64,000 nt of DNA, from positions 19,248 through 83,247 of the forward strand of contig CAJJBW010000003.1 in assembly GCA_905182515.1 (NCBI GenBank). The letters are read 5' to 3'. Shown piece after piece: positions 28,401-36,305 of the stretch. This stretch comes from an uncultured Candidatus Poseidoniales archaeon (lineage in GTDB: Archaea; Thermoplasmatota; Poseidoniia; Poseidoniales; Thalassarchaeaceae). Within the stretch, counting starts at the first letter, position 1. The number at the start of each line of letters is the position of its first letter. The position numbers were made by a program, and so were the translations under genes. The notes below the pieces were generated by a model, which had not been told where the DNA came from, did not search any database, and saw only the letters and a list, made by a program, of their open reading frames with translations.

Positions 28401-29636
28401 TCTCAAGTTACAGACCTAACTTCTCCTGTTTCTCCCTCTTCAAGTAATATTTTATTTCTAAAACAAGGAGATGAATTCTCAGTTTCTGGAGAACTTTTCT
28501 ATGCAGGTTCCGGAGAGAAGCTATTGTCAATAAGTGATGATACGCAAGCAAGAATTTCTATTATTTATGGGACGGAAGAACGCGTATCAGTATCATCTGT
28601 TTCGCCTAATGGTTCTTTTTATGGTTCACTTATCTTACCATCTAGGGCTCCATTGGACTCTACGATGAGTGTTAGTACAGATTTAATTAATCTTCCTGGG
28701 GTTGGTATGTCAGTTACTAATTCTGAAGCATCTGTGACTGTTGATAGCGATTCCCCTTCAGCACTTTTCAATCAAGATCTTTATCCTGACTCTTCGTTCA
28801 CAATAATCGGAACTGATTATATGGATGATACATTAGTAACAATTTCAATTCTTGATGAAATAGGCATGAAAGATGGTCCTTTGTCAGTTGAATGGGAATT
28901 TAGAAGAGGCGGGCAAAAAATATCTGGAACTACGGATTCAGGCGAAATACCTCTTTCATCATCTTCTGATGGAGTTACTGTTTATCAAGGAAGAATGGAT
29001 TTCAGTCCTTTAATTGACATTACTTTCAAAGTTGGTGATCAAATAGCATTATGGATAAACTCTACTGACAAAGCGGGAAATGAAATTATAGGTTTAGGAA
29101 GCGAATTATCGCCTCGGGTCGCAACCCTCAGAGTCATGGAATTCCTTGGCCAATACACTAGGGAAATTACAACCCCTACAAAATTTCCTCTAACAGGAGA
29201 TATTCTGACTATTGTAACTTATTGGGAAAATCCTGGTAAAATAGATGGCGCATTTTCAATAGGGCTATGGGAACGATTGGATGATGGAGCATGGAGGCCG
29301 TCGGTTACTACTGCAATTAGTGGCGACACCGAACTCCTCCTCCCCTCAACAAGCTCCAGTATTATAGCTACTTTCAAATATGAAACTTGGCAAGAGGGGC
29401 AGCCTTTACTTGTTATTGTTGTAAATGGAGATTTTGAAAATGCCAATGGACTGAATGAAGAGATAACAGGAATATCTGTTGAATCACCAAATCAAGTTCA
29501 ATCAAGTGGATCTACGGTTTGGCTTCTTATGTTCGGCACCATCATTGTATCAGTTATTGGTTTAATTGTCTTTATGATGAGAGGCAGAGGTGAAGATTAC
29601 TATGATGATGATGATGATGAATATTATGATGAATAA
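22479..29636 (+). CDS. Giant (2385 aa) membrane-anchored surface protein with Gly-rich repeats, jelly-roll (MAM/InhA-like) repeats and Ig-like domains
   Basis: Signal peptide (PLANAG); GxI.SIxIxxxGSGY repeats; repeated SFDHW..DG..V..GW.IDN modules; C-terminal TM plus RGRGEDYYDDDDDEYYDE. Confidence 0.8.
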   Translation: MDNSKRTLAVTLVFLMIGAPLANAGVSNWGSSNNLNSNGSSTTVTAFEIPGNSTIMDGWLHVTDSYMATSTENGISWEGEDFSDGIAYGTFLNEDGHLTIIDDGTRSNISSFDVGDISVSMNSKYKYTPGWRHIYTLSSQNSVSECSSQNAQVLSHGFDNDFDVILDSMEIIETIYYCDTFSKQDTIQDLTIISEGDDYYAGNLSASGGGGENFSGTYEISSGITSISINNAGSGYSTADDITIGCQCEGYDANASITSVDGSGGIESIIVDDAGSGYTLDDNVLFSISGSGSGANLDAVLESTGVINTLEITNEGYNYTSIPTIIISDSSGSGASISPTLGAYFEYELDIDSLSGGNSNCEFGGFEVKSGLDYNGNRNLGTDEIQNTSYLCNIVKSWEATTFTGLNGTIYGNQQNMSYGVIPASASSGVVAIATMPGSPLPAGTDTSFVIPQVSIPFYDDIENYYLSFDHWYHVDSTASGGGDGAWVEYRIKDSETWNDWKYVAPDLGYPSTMSTDSPVPNGAPSEVAIPVFASDSYSGWVSSTFDIESLVNETSSDIQFRFHIWTHPDAENERPGWFIDNINFNNDGINYGAWHHGCYDPSGNLCSYSANAYGSLTRDIDLSGTNSTSKIEIDMEWDLEGVSNDNACVEISLDQSTWYDISSTNPSTSSDCAARSGAIPGTGYTADNGVTYTDQSGRLRTVSLDIPNSFYNQGTAYLRIVVNTNYYTNYGGAQDSKEGLTVDEIRIVDYNGSNLFFDDLETSTSMSHTSIGTAVDDWYHHVLLRGNQEIRMNFEDSTASAPSVSDAPGWARSQASSCSSDTCKWTLNKIGANSGPPSTTSFPYSYGVAFSGNYDGGITEAKLISPEYEIPANGNAFLMFDHWVAMEPNWDGGAVFIKVNGGSWQHFDPGNWYDSQVSYNYNNLYGYDTFSSQSSPSGGMKSMQASLLSYQGDTVKFKFSLGSDSYQEYGGWFIDNAGVKIANYGEPGDWISPSFSISEFNQFNVGMVDIDAIIPENTSVTASLIDYTTGLVIPGFSDVTFPISLSGIDSITHTQIKLQVHLSTSDMEATPSIKKISIGGKRFLNADTGGNGWEFSSGVEEINGLLNATTISGSLISDFIPSSRPIKAINIGGNLSNGVTVTVLNKFGSTLGQASKGGGVTFNTPQPGFGLSVSLPTNAWIDRLVISSIFAAPASNPVVDVLNDGSSEWSFLQGDSYGHYGWQSTFTSPTSDEFATSKTLYLDGINSQTVYFRIPADANVNSGVISISSDNDGFDGPVSLSIAGSSQSVQSSNDISYNVLNSAQISGIVLMNPSHTDSDSGRFWKEVPVEVDSNSPQVVKLSGLGVGYTIFENVSGLEGMISSYHEQVISENPNFDKVDIPVTLSADIGSISIDGSIIYDFLIKNRDFDVPNTLYPNGESVEIVTSHHHLYDNSELSEITLEGIASDGNVIMFKVENGADGLWGAGSEPVLFSQTSGSNKVTFDAYSSYIEEITASDGYVDITSHWIFDVSWNWDDVEDILWTSRANDNNGDTIWPAQAYSGKSGSQAVENDIQIDTFNIFDNENRLISNIYDNLLYPFPILEGSILNISGNVRFQDSSSNRPMASDFSVGLNISGNLIPLESGENGEFFGTVTTPSDYSLLSVSPIIISIGPNSGATGAQDVTGQPTPIDILVDTNPPLAGPIQVNTPIGLQFADGMVCDPTSPFRAYITVSEAEARGDSITLKYWRTGVDDLNGDGIATEGEYLSQTQSLTPGLTGQQQVQFSGIDVSALDNEPIHLYIEGTDWAGLSYQEGASGGSSGADNSWASVIIAVDEPTQFAGDSIGVGQGKNSAFDLNRKTSDNIDYYLLPDVLHVFSVQIDDINGLITLDNITVMLCGYGSNLGLFTYEPWSGVMWTPEGSMTTPIGFQTEKITDSVTKLELSFKLSWDFPWDDDTPNCKPRVTVDDNLITVAESQVLSALSWKLDNKITAIPSQVTDLTSPVSPSSSNILFLKQGDEFSVSGELFYAGSGEKLLSISDDTQARISIIYGTEERVSVSSVSPNGSFYGSLILPSRAPLDSTMSVSTDLINLPGVGMSVTNSEASVTVDSDSPSALFNQDLYPDSSFTIIGTDYMDDTLVTISILDEIGMKDGPLSVEWEFRRGGQKISGTTDSGEIPLSSSSDGVTVYQGRMDFSPLIDITFKVGDQIALWINSTDKAGNEIIGLGSELSPRVATLRVMEFLGQYTREITTPTKFPLTGDILTIVTYWENPGKIDGAFSIGLWERLDDGAWRPSVTTAISGDTELLLPSTSSSIIATFKYETWQEGQPLLVIVVNGDFENANGLNEEITGISVESPNQVQSSGSTVWLLMFGTIIVSVIGLIVFMMRGRGEDYYDDDDDEYYDE

Positions 29637-29760
29637 TGTATCCCGTGTTTATATCAGACTCTTATTATCTACTCTTTAGTCGTAATTATACCTCCATCAT
29701 TTATAGGCTATAGAACGACAAGAGCAATTGGAGAGAGAAATCTTTCTAGATGGGATTGGG

Positions 29761-29934
29761 ATGCACACAAACAATGACGAAGTTATGACTGTTGATGATT
29801 TAAGGAATGAGTTAGATGATCTCAAGTCTTTGGTTAATACACTTCTTACTATAATAATGGAAGAAGCAGATGGAGTTCAAAATGGTGCTGCACCTTCGTT
29901 GGGGGAACATCCTCGACGAGGATATTGCATGTAA
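29761..29934 (+). CDS. Small hypothetical protein (amphipathic helix)
   Basis: MHTNNDEVMTVDDLRNELDDLKSLVNTLLTIIMEE...; its stop abuts the stop of the convergent glycosylase. Confidence 0.55.
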   Translation: MHTNNDEVMTVDDLRNELDDLKSLVNTLLTIIMEEADGVQNGAAPSLGEHPRRGYCM

Positions 29935-30561
29935 TTAATATTGAACAGGCTCAGGATCAATACTTCTCCATAGGTACCATGTTGCTATAGTTCTCCATGG
30001 TGACCATTTGTCAGTAATTTTCTTTATTTGGGAATTATTCATTTTTTCACCATCTGAATATATTTTTTCTAATGCCCTTATTGCTCCAATATCTCCCATC
30101 GGAAAAATATCAGGCCTTAACAATGTAAAAATTAAAATCATTTCTGCAGTCCACACACCAACTCCTCTAATTTCTGTGAGTTTATCAATTACTAAACTGT
30201 CAGAAAGGTCTTCCCAACTTATCTTATAGTATTCATCCACCCATATTTTAGAAATTCCTTTTATGTACTCTACTTTTCTATGTGATAGTCCACATTTCTG
30301 TAGATTTTCAGCATTTTTCAGAGAAATATTTTCAGGTATAATATCTCCAATTTCATTTGTTAATCTATTCCAAACTGTGTCTGCTGCTTTAACTGATATT
30401 TGTTGCCCAACAATTGAACGTATCAATGTCATAAAAATATCTTCTCTTGATTTTAGCGCAGGTTCTTCGTATAGGCAAATTAATTTATCCATTTTTCCGT
30501 CTATTTCTCTCAAGTATTTCTTCCCTTCTTCCCAGTATTTTGGTATCTTATTATTATTGAT
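29935..30561 (-). CDS. alkA: DNA-3-methyladenine glycosylase (AlkA/HhH-GPD family); start uncertain
   Basis: RSIVGQQIS, GLSHRK, HhH IRGVGVWTAEM, FPMGDIG, WSPWRT. The family N-terminal motif PKYWEEG lies upstream of the track's TTG (30513), so I extend the gene to ATC 30561. Confidence 0.85.
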   Translation of the reverse strand: MNNNKIPKYWEEGKKYLREIDGKMDKLICLYEEPALKSREDIFMTLIRSIVGQQISVKAADTVWNRLTNEIGDIIPENISLKNAENLQKCGLSHRKVEYIKGISKIWVDEYYKISWEDLSDSLVIDKLTEIRGVGVWTAEMILIFTLLRPDIFPMGDIGAIRALEKIYSDGEKMNNSQIKKITDKWSPWRTIATWYLWRSIDPEPVQY

Positions 30562-30567
30562 AATAAA

Positions 30568-32040
30568 TCACCCTTTTATTACTGCAAATGGTTTCAAACG
30601 AGCCACAGGTCTAGCCAACCTAGCCTTTTGAGTTAAATCAATTACTTCATCTACATCTTTGTATGCATCCGGAGCTTCTTCAGAAAGTACATTAGGCGTC
30701 TTTACATTTACGTAAATTCCTTTTGCTTCAAGGTTCTTCTTTAATTCTACAGAATCAATACTGTTTCTAGCCGCCGTTCTAGATAATTTTCTTCCTGCTC
30801 CGTGACATGAAGATGCAAAAGCATCATTCGAACCAATCTTTGGGCCGGCAAGGACCCAAGAAGCTGTACCCATGTCTCCTGGTACGAGGACTGGTTGTCC
30901 AATTCCGGAAAATTGATTTGACAATTCAACATGATCACCACCCAGTGCTCTTGTTGCTCCTTTTCTATGAACGCAGCATTTACATTGTTTTCCGTGAACT
31001 TCGTGATTTTCTATTTTTGCGATATTGTGACTAACATCATATATTAATTTTAAATTACTATCTCTTCCTAATATGTCTCTTAATGAGTTTCTAAGTCGCT
31101 GAGTTAGAGCTGAACGATTGGCGAAAGCGTAATTTCCTGCAGCATTCATTGAATCTACGTATTCTTGACCTTCTTTACTATATATCGGTGCTGCGGCTAA
31201 TTGTCTATCCGTTATCTGAATATCCCACTCAGGAGCATGCCAAAATCCATCATTTTTTTGATATTTGGATTCTATAGCATTAACATGTTCAGAACATACT
31301 TGATGCCCCAATCCTCTTGAACCAGTATGTATCATAGCAGTAATCTGGCCTTTTCTCAAACCATAAGATTTAGCTGCTTCGTGATCAACTATTTTATCTA
31401 CAATTTGCAATTCAAGAAAATGATTTCCTGAGCCTAGTGTTCCTAAAGCACTCATTCCCCTCTTCATAGCCCGTTCACTCAACTTCCTTTCCTGGCAATC
31501 GAGTAAACCATTCGATTCAATGTTAAAAAGATCTCTTGATTCTCCCCATCCTAAATCTACTGCTGCCCCAGCACCTTCAGAGAGAATTACTTCTAATTCA
31601 GTCAAATTTAATTTAACGCCTCCCTTTCTAGACGCACCAGAAGGTATTGTTTGTGCCAATTTTTTAGATAATTCTTTGATATTAATGTCATTAACTCCTA
31701 TGTCTAAAGAACAAAGTCTTACGCCGCAATTAATGTCAAAACCAACTCCTCCGGGAGATATTGAGCCACCTAATTCTCCTGCTTCTGTATCGGTTGCAAC
31801 CACACCTCCAATTGGAAATCCATATCCAAAATGCCAATCAGCCATTGCCCATGCGTTTCCAACAATGCCAGGTAAAGAAGCAGTATTGATTACTTGATTA
31901 GGAGATCTATCATCAGTATGTTCTTTGATGTGCTTCTCATCAGCAATCATTATTGCATCTGTCAACATCCTCCCATGTTTCTTGATACGCATTCTTCCAG
32001 GGCCATTTGATTCTAGGTGCTCTCTCCATTCTCCCTCCAT
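30568..32040 (-). CDS. rtcB: RtcB tRNA-splicing/RNA repair ligase
   Basis: DWHFGYGFPIGG, GFDINCG, GSGNHFLE, IHTGSRGLG, SHN, VHRKGAT, CHGAGR, EEAPDAYK. Confidence 0.96.
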   Translation of the reverse strand: MEGEWREHLESNGPGRMRIKKHGRMLTDAIMIADEKHIKEHTDDRSPNQVINTASLPGIVGNAWAMADWHFGYGFPIGGVVATDTEAGELGGSISPGGVGFDINCGVRLCSLDIGVNDINIKELSKKLAQTIPSGASRKGGVKLNLTELEVILSEGAGAAVDLGWGESRDLFNIESNGLLDCQERKLSERAMKRGMSALGTLGSGNHFLELQIVDKIVDHEAAKSYGLRKGQITAMIHTGSRGLGHQVCSEHVNAIESKYQKNDGFWHAPEWDIQITDRQLAAAPIYSKEGQEYVDSMNAAGNYAFANRSALTQRLRNSLRDILGRDSNLKLIYDVSHNIAKIENHEVHGKQCKCCVHRKGATRALGGDHVELSNQFSGIGQPVLVPGDMGTASWVLAGPKIGSNDAFASSCHGAGRKLSRTAARNSIDSVELKKNLEAKGIYVNVKTPNVLSEEAPDAYKDVDEVIDLTQKARLARPVARLKPFAVIKG

Positions 32041-32144
32041 GCATTGACGTAATATGGCGCACCTTTCAACTCGACGGGCAATTATTAAGCATCGACTTCA
32101 ATACTAATTGATAAATCGGAAGGCCATAGGAAAGATGAGATATT

Positions 32145-35021
32145 ATGGTGTTCGGAGACGTAGAAATTCCTTTTTGGAACGAGTCAGGGCATTTTCGTAA
32201 AGAATGTATTGTAACTGAACTTAAATTTTGGACTAGGGATGACGAAAGAAAAACCTGCGGAGATTCTACTGCAGATTCATACACATTCATCGGCAACCCA
32301 CTCATTCAAGGATACCCAATGAGGGGAAAAGAGTTGAAAGATGCAATGAGGAAGACATTTCTTTCCTTTTTTGAAAATAGGGGGCATACCATTATTTCTC
32401 CATATCCTGTTATAGCAAGATGGCGTGATGACATACATCTTACAATTGCTAGTATTGCTAACTTTCAACCTCATGTGACTAGCGGACAAGTCCCTCCTCC
32501 TGCTAATCCACTTACTATAAGTCAGCCATGTATAAGGCTGACTGATGTCGCAGCGGTTGGGCGTTCTGGAAGGCACCTTTCTACCTTTGAGATGATGGCA
32601 CATCATTCATTCAACAGACCGAAGGATGGAAATACAATATATTGGATCGATCAATGTGTCCGTTATTGTGATGATATGTTAATTAATACATTTGGTATTC
32701 CGCCTAATGATATAACCTATGTAGAAAATCCATGGTCAGGAGGAGGTAATGCAGGTCCAGCCTTAGAAGTCATTGTCGGTGGCCTAGAACTAGCCACATT
32801 AGTCTTCATGAATTTAGAAGAACATGAAAAGGGAGATGTAGATATAAAAGGTATTATGTATCGTGAAATGGATCTCCAAATTATTGATACAGGTTATGGT
32901 TTAGAAAGATTTTGTTGGGCTGCTGCAGGGACTCCAAATATATACGAGGCAATTTATCCCGAATCCGTATCTTGGTTAAAGAAAACTTCTGGGTATGATA
33001 AATTTATCCAATCTTCTGATATTGATGTAAATATTGATTTACTTCTTGGAGAAATTTCACGTTTATCGGGTATTCTAAATATAGATGTGGGTACAGATGT
33101 TAATTCATTATATGATATACTAATATCCCGTTTAAGTGATTCAGGGTTCTCAATATCTATAGAAGATCTGAAAAAAATTACCGAACCTCTTTCGTCGATA
33201 TATGCAATTCCTGACCACTTGCACGCAATATGTAACATGTTAGGGGACGGATTGGTTCCAAGTAATTCTAAAGCAGGATATTTACTTAGGATGCTGGCCC
33301 GTAGAGTTTGCCGGATGAGAGATAGTATTGGAGTTTCGACAAGCCTATCGGAACTCGGCTCTATGCATATTGAAAATTATCTGGACATTAATAATTTTGT
33401 TCAATCTTACCAAGGTATATTTGATATCCTAGATATAGAAGAAAAAAGATATTATGAAATGTTAAGAAAAGGTGAAGCAGCGGTTAAAACTGCGCTCCAT
33501 GGAGTTTCAAAATTAGAGTTAGAACTACCTGATGAAATTTTATTTCGATTATCGGAAGAAAGGGGACTTAATCCTGAAATGGCAATTTCAATTGCTAATT
33601 CACTAGGGTGGAATAAATTATCTGTTCGTGTTGGGTTTTCGGCAGATATGGCCGCCAGAAACGCAACGGCTACCAAAGACGCCTCAAAAATAAAAAATAA
33701 AATTTCAGAATTAGATGTTTCTTCATACCCTCAAACTTCTCTGGATTATTATGAAGATACAAAGTCAATTAACTTGGAAGCAAAAATAATTGATTGTTTA
33801 CAATTGTCAAAAAAACAATTATCATTATTCAAATTTTCCAATGAAGTTATTTCAGCCCCCTCGCATGCAATAATATTGGACAGAACTCTCTTTTATCCTG
33901 AAGGAGGTGGGCAACTTGGTGATCAAGGATTTTTAAAACAAAATGGTATAGAAATTAAAGTGCTTGATACTAAAATTATAGAAGGAGTAGTATTGCATAT
34001 GACGGATCAAAGTTTAGAGATTGGCCCAGTATCGGGTTCTGTTGATTGGATCAGAAGGAAGCAATTAATGGATCACCACACTGCAATACATTTGGTTGGA
34101 GGGGCAACTAGGGAATTACTTGGGCCACATATTTGGCAAGCAGGCTCCAATAAAGGAGCTCTTTATGCAAGGATAGACGTTACTCATCATTCAAGGATTA
34201 ATAGAAAAATACTTGATAAAATTGAAGATAGAGTTAATGAAATAATAACAACAAATCTCAAAGTCAAAAAGTTACTTCTGTCTAGGGCAAATGCTGATGA
34301 AAACTTCGGCTTTAATATATATCAAGGAGGCCCCCCTAAACAAGATCAAATTAGAATTATTAAAATCGGTGACTTTGACGTTCAAGCATGCGGTGGCACA
34401 CATCATGATGAAATTGGTGAAATAGGCGACTTACGGATAATTCGTGCCAGTCAAGTCCAAGACGGGGTAGAGCGTCTGCAAGTCGTGGCCGGAGACTCTG
34501 CACGCGAGCATGCACGTTTACGAGATAAAATTTTAAGCGATACTTCTGGAATGCTAGGTGTTAATCCTGAAAATTTACAAAAGACAGTATCACGATTCTT
34601 TGAGGAATGGAAATCTCAACAAAAGAAAATTGAGGAATTAGAAGGTGAAATAATCCGATTACGAACAACAGGTACTGGCAATGAGTCTTCAGAAGTGGAT
34701 GGCGTAAGGTATGTGGTTATGGAAATAACAGGAGATTCCAAACAAATGATGGCAATGCTGGGCGAATTAACTCGTGACTCCAAATTACCTACATTAGCCG
34801 TTATTGGTACTCGCAAAGGAGGTGGGAAATTAATAGTTGCATGCACTGAGAATTCATTAGCCTCCAAACGTCATAATGCAGTTGAAATATTAAATATTAT
34901 CTCAACCCATATCAATGGAGGAGGGGGGGGAAAACCTTCATTTGCCCAAGGAGGGGGGTCGAATCCAGAAGGTATTTCCGAATCTCTTTCTCATGCTCGT
35001 CGAATCTTAGGATTGGAATAA
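32145..35021 (+). CDS. alaS: Alanine--tRNA ligase (archaeal type)
   Basis: Archaeal N-terminus FWT.D..R.TCGD, ARWRDD, ASIANFQP, FEMMAHH, DTGYGLER, editing motifs HTAIH and ACGGTH, C-Ala GGGGK..FAQGG. Confidence 0.96.
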   Translation: MVFGDVEIPFWNESGHFRKECIVTELKFWTRDDERKTCGDSTADSYTFIGNPLIQGYPMRGKELKDAMRKTFLSFFENRGHTIISPYPVIARWRDDIHLTIASIANFQPHVTSGQVPPPANPLTISQPCIRLTDVAAVGRSGRHLSTFEMMAHHSFNRPKDGNTIYWIDQCVRYCDDMLINTFGIPPNDITYVENPWSGGGNAGPALEVIVGGLELATLVFMNLEEHEKGDVDIKGIMYREMDLQIIDTGYGLERFCWAAAGTPNIYEAIYPESVSWLKKTSGYDKFIQSSDIDVNIDLLLGEISRLSGILNIDVGTDVNSLYDILISRLSDSGFSISIEDLKKITEPLSSIYAIPDHLHAICNMLGDGLVPSNSKAGYLLRMLARRVCRMRDSIGVSTSLSELGSMHIENYLDINNFVQSYQGIFDILDIEEKRYYEMLRKGEAAVKTALHGVSKLELELPDEILFRLSEERGLNPEMAISIANSLGWNKLSVRVGFSADMAARNATATKDASKIKNKISELDVSSYPQTSLDYYEDTKSINLEAKIIDCLQLSKKQLSLFKFSNEVISAPSHAIILDRTLFYPEGGGQLGDQGFLKQNGIEIKVLDTKIIEGVVLHMTDQSLEIGPVSGSVDWIRRKQLMDHHTAIHLVGGATRELLGPHIWQAGSNKGALYARIDVTHHSRINRKILDKIEDRVNEIITTNLKVKKLLLSRANADENFGFNIYQGGPPKQDQIRIIKIGDFDVQACGGTHHDEIGEIGDLRIIRASQVQDGVERLQVVAGDSAREHARLRDKILSDTSGMLGVNPENLQKTVSRFFEEWKSQQKKIEELEGEIIRLRTTGTGNESSEVDGVRYVVMEITGDSKQMMAMLGELTRDSKLPTLAVIGTRKGGGKLIVACTENSLASKRHNAVEILNIISTHINGGGGGKPSFAQGGGSNPEGISESLSHARRILGLE

Positions 35022-35055
35022 GGCTATAAATTAAATTTACACCCCTCTAATTAAG

Positions 35056-35063
35056 TTTTTTTT
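35056..35063 (+). terminator. Oligo-T tract after alaS (possible archaeal terminator)
   Basis: T8 run 35 nt after the alaS stop. Confidence 0.3.
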
Positions 35064-35100
35064 CAGTCGAGTTGATGTTCAAAGTGGACTTCGCATTAAT

Positions 35101-36300
35101 ATGGTAGAACAGGTCGATGTTTCATCGCGTGCATCTCAAATTGAATATGCAATAAGGGATGTTGTGATACCAGCGATTGAATTAGAATCTCAAGGTCATG
35201 AGATTATTAAATTAAATATTGGAGATCCATTGGCATACGAAGGCCTCCCAACCCCAAATCACATGATTGATGCTTTTAAAAAAGCATTAGATAATCAAGA
35301 TAATGGATATAGTCCTTCATATGGTATATCTGATTTAAGGCAGGCTATAGGAGAAAATGAAACTCAAAAAGGCTGGATTTGTTCCTCTGATGATGTCTAT
35401 GTTACTCATGGGGTGACTGAAGCTTTACAGATAATTTTCGCGGCATTTCTTCAAGAAGGAGATATCGTTCTCGCACCCGGGCCACATTACCCTCCTTACA
35501 TGGCATATCCACAAATGTATGGGGCGACTACGATGGAGTATAGGCTGAATTCATCAGATAGTTGGAAAATAGATTTAGAAGATATAAATTCTAAAATGAA
35601 TTCAAATGTCCGCTTATTGGTCATAATAAACCCCAATAATCCAACAGGTAATGTTGCTACAAAAGAAGAAATAGATGCTTTGATTAAAATTGCAGATGAC
35701 TGGCCAAAGTGTACTATTGTAGCAGATGAAATTTATGATGGATTGGACTTCACAGGAAATTTAGTTTCAGTAGCTTCAAGGTCTCAAAAAACTCCTGTGA
35801 TTGTTTTAAATGGAGTTTCTAAAGTATATTTTGCTCCCGGATGGAGGGTGGGGTACATGGCTATACATGATCCTAATAAATCTTTGAAATTAGTACGTGA
35901 CGGAATGGAAAGACTTCTACGCAGTCGTTTGTGTGCATCAACGCCCGCACAATATGGCTTTTTGGCAGGCTTGACAGCAGATAAAAAATGGTTAGGCAAG
36001 CACAGACTAGTGATCAAAGAAAGGCTTGATTATTGTTTAAAAAGGATTTCTCAAATTGATGGCATTGAATGTGAATCACCCGGGGCTGCATTTTATTTGT
36101 TTGTAAAAATAACAAAATCAAAGTTTTCCAAAGATGATAAAAAGTTTGTTTTGGACCTTTTGCATAAAAAACATGTACTTGTTGTCCATGGTTCGGGATT
36201 TTCACCCGAATTCGGCAGTGGGCATTTCAGAATGGTATGTTTGCCTCCAATTGAAATTTTGAATATTGTATTTGATAGAATTTCAGACTTCTTAAAGTGA
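35101..36300 (+). CDS. PLP-dependent class I/II aminotransferase (alanine aminotransferase-like)
   Basis: YAIRDV, LNIGDP, INPNNPTG, DEIYD, GVSKVY..PGWRVG (PLP lysine), HFRMV. Confidence 0.9.
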   Translation: MVEQVDVSSRASQIEYAIRDVVIPAIELESQGHEIIKLNIGDPLAYEGLPTPNHMIDAFKKALDNQDNGYSPSYGISDLRQAIGENETQKGWICSSDDVYVTHGVTEALQIIFAAFLQEGDIVLAPGPHYPPYMAYPQMYGATTMEYRLNSSDSWKIDLEDINSKMNSNVRLLVIINPNNPTGNVATKEEIDALIKIADDWPKCTIVADEIYDGLDFTGNLVSVASRSQKTPVIVLNGVSKVYFAPGWRVGYMAIHDPNKSLKLVRDGMERLLRSRLCASTPAQYGFLAGLTADKKWLGKHRLVIKERLDYCLKRISQIDGIECESPGAAFYLFVKITKSKFSKDDKKFVLDLLHKKHVLVVHGSGFSPEFGSGHFRMVCLPPIEILNIVFDRISDFLK

Positions 36301-36305
36301 TTATA

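Noticed and set aside
30568-30570. Selenocysteine or pyrrolysine recoding at the rtcB stop
   Set aside because: RtcB is complete at this codon, no SECIS-like hairpin is evident, and Pyl uses UAG.
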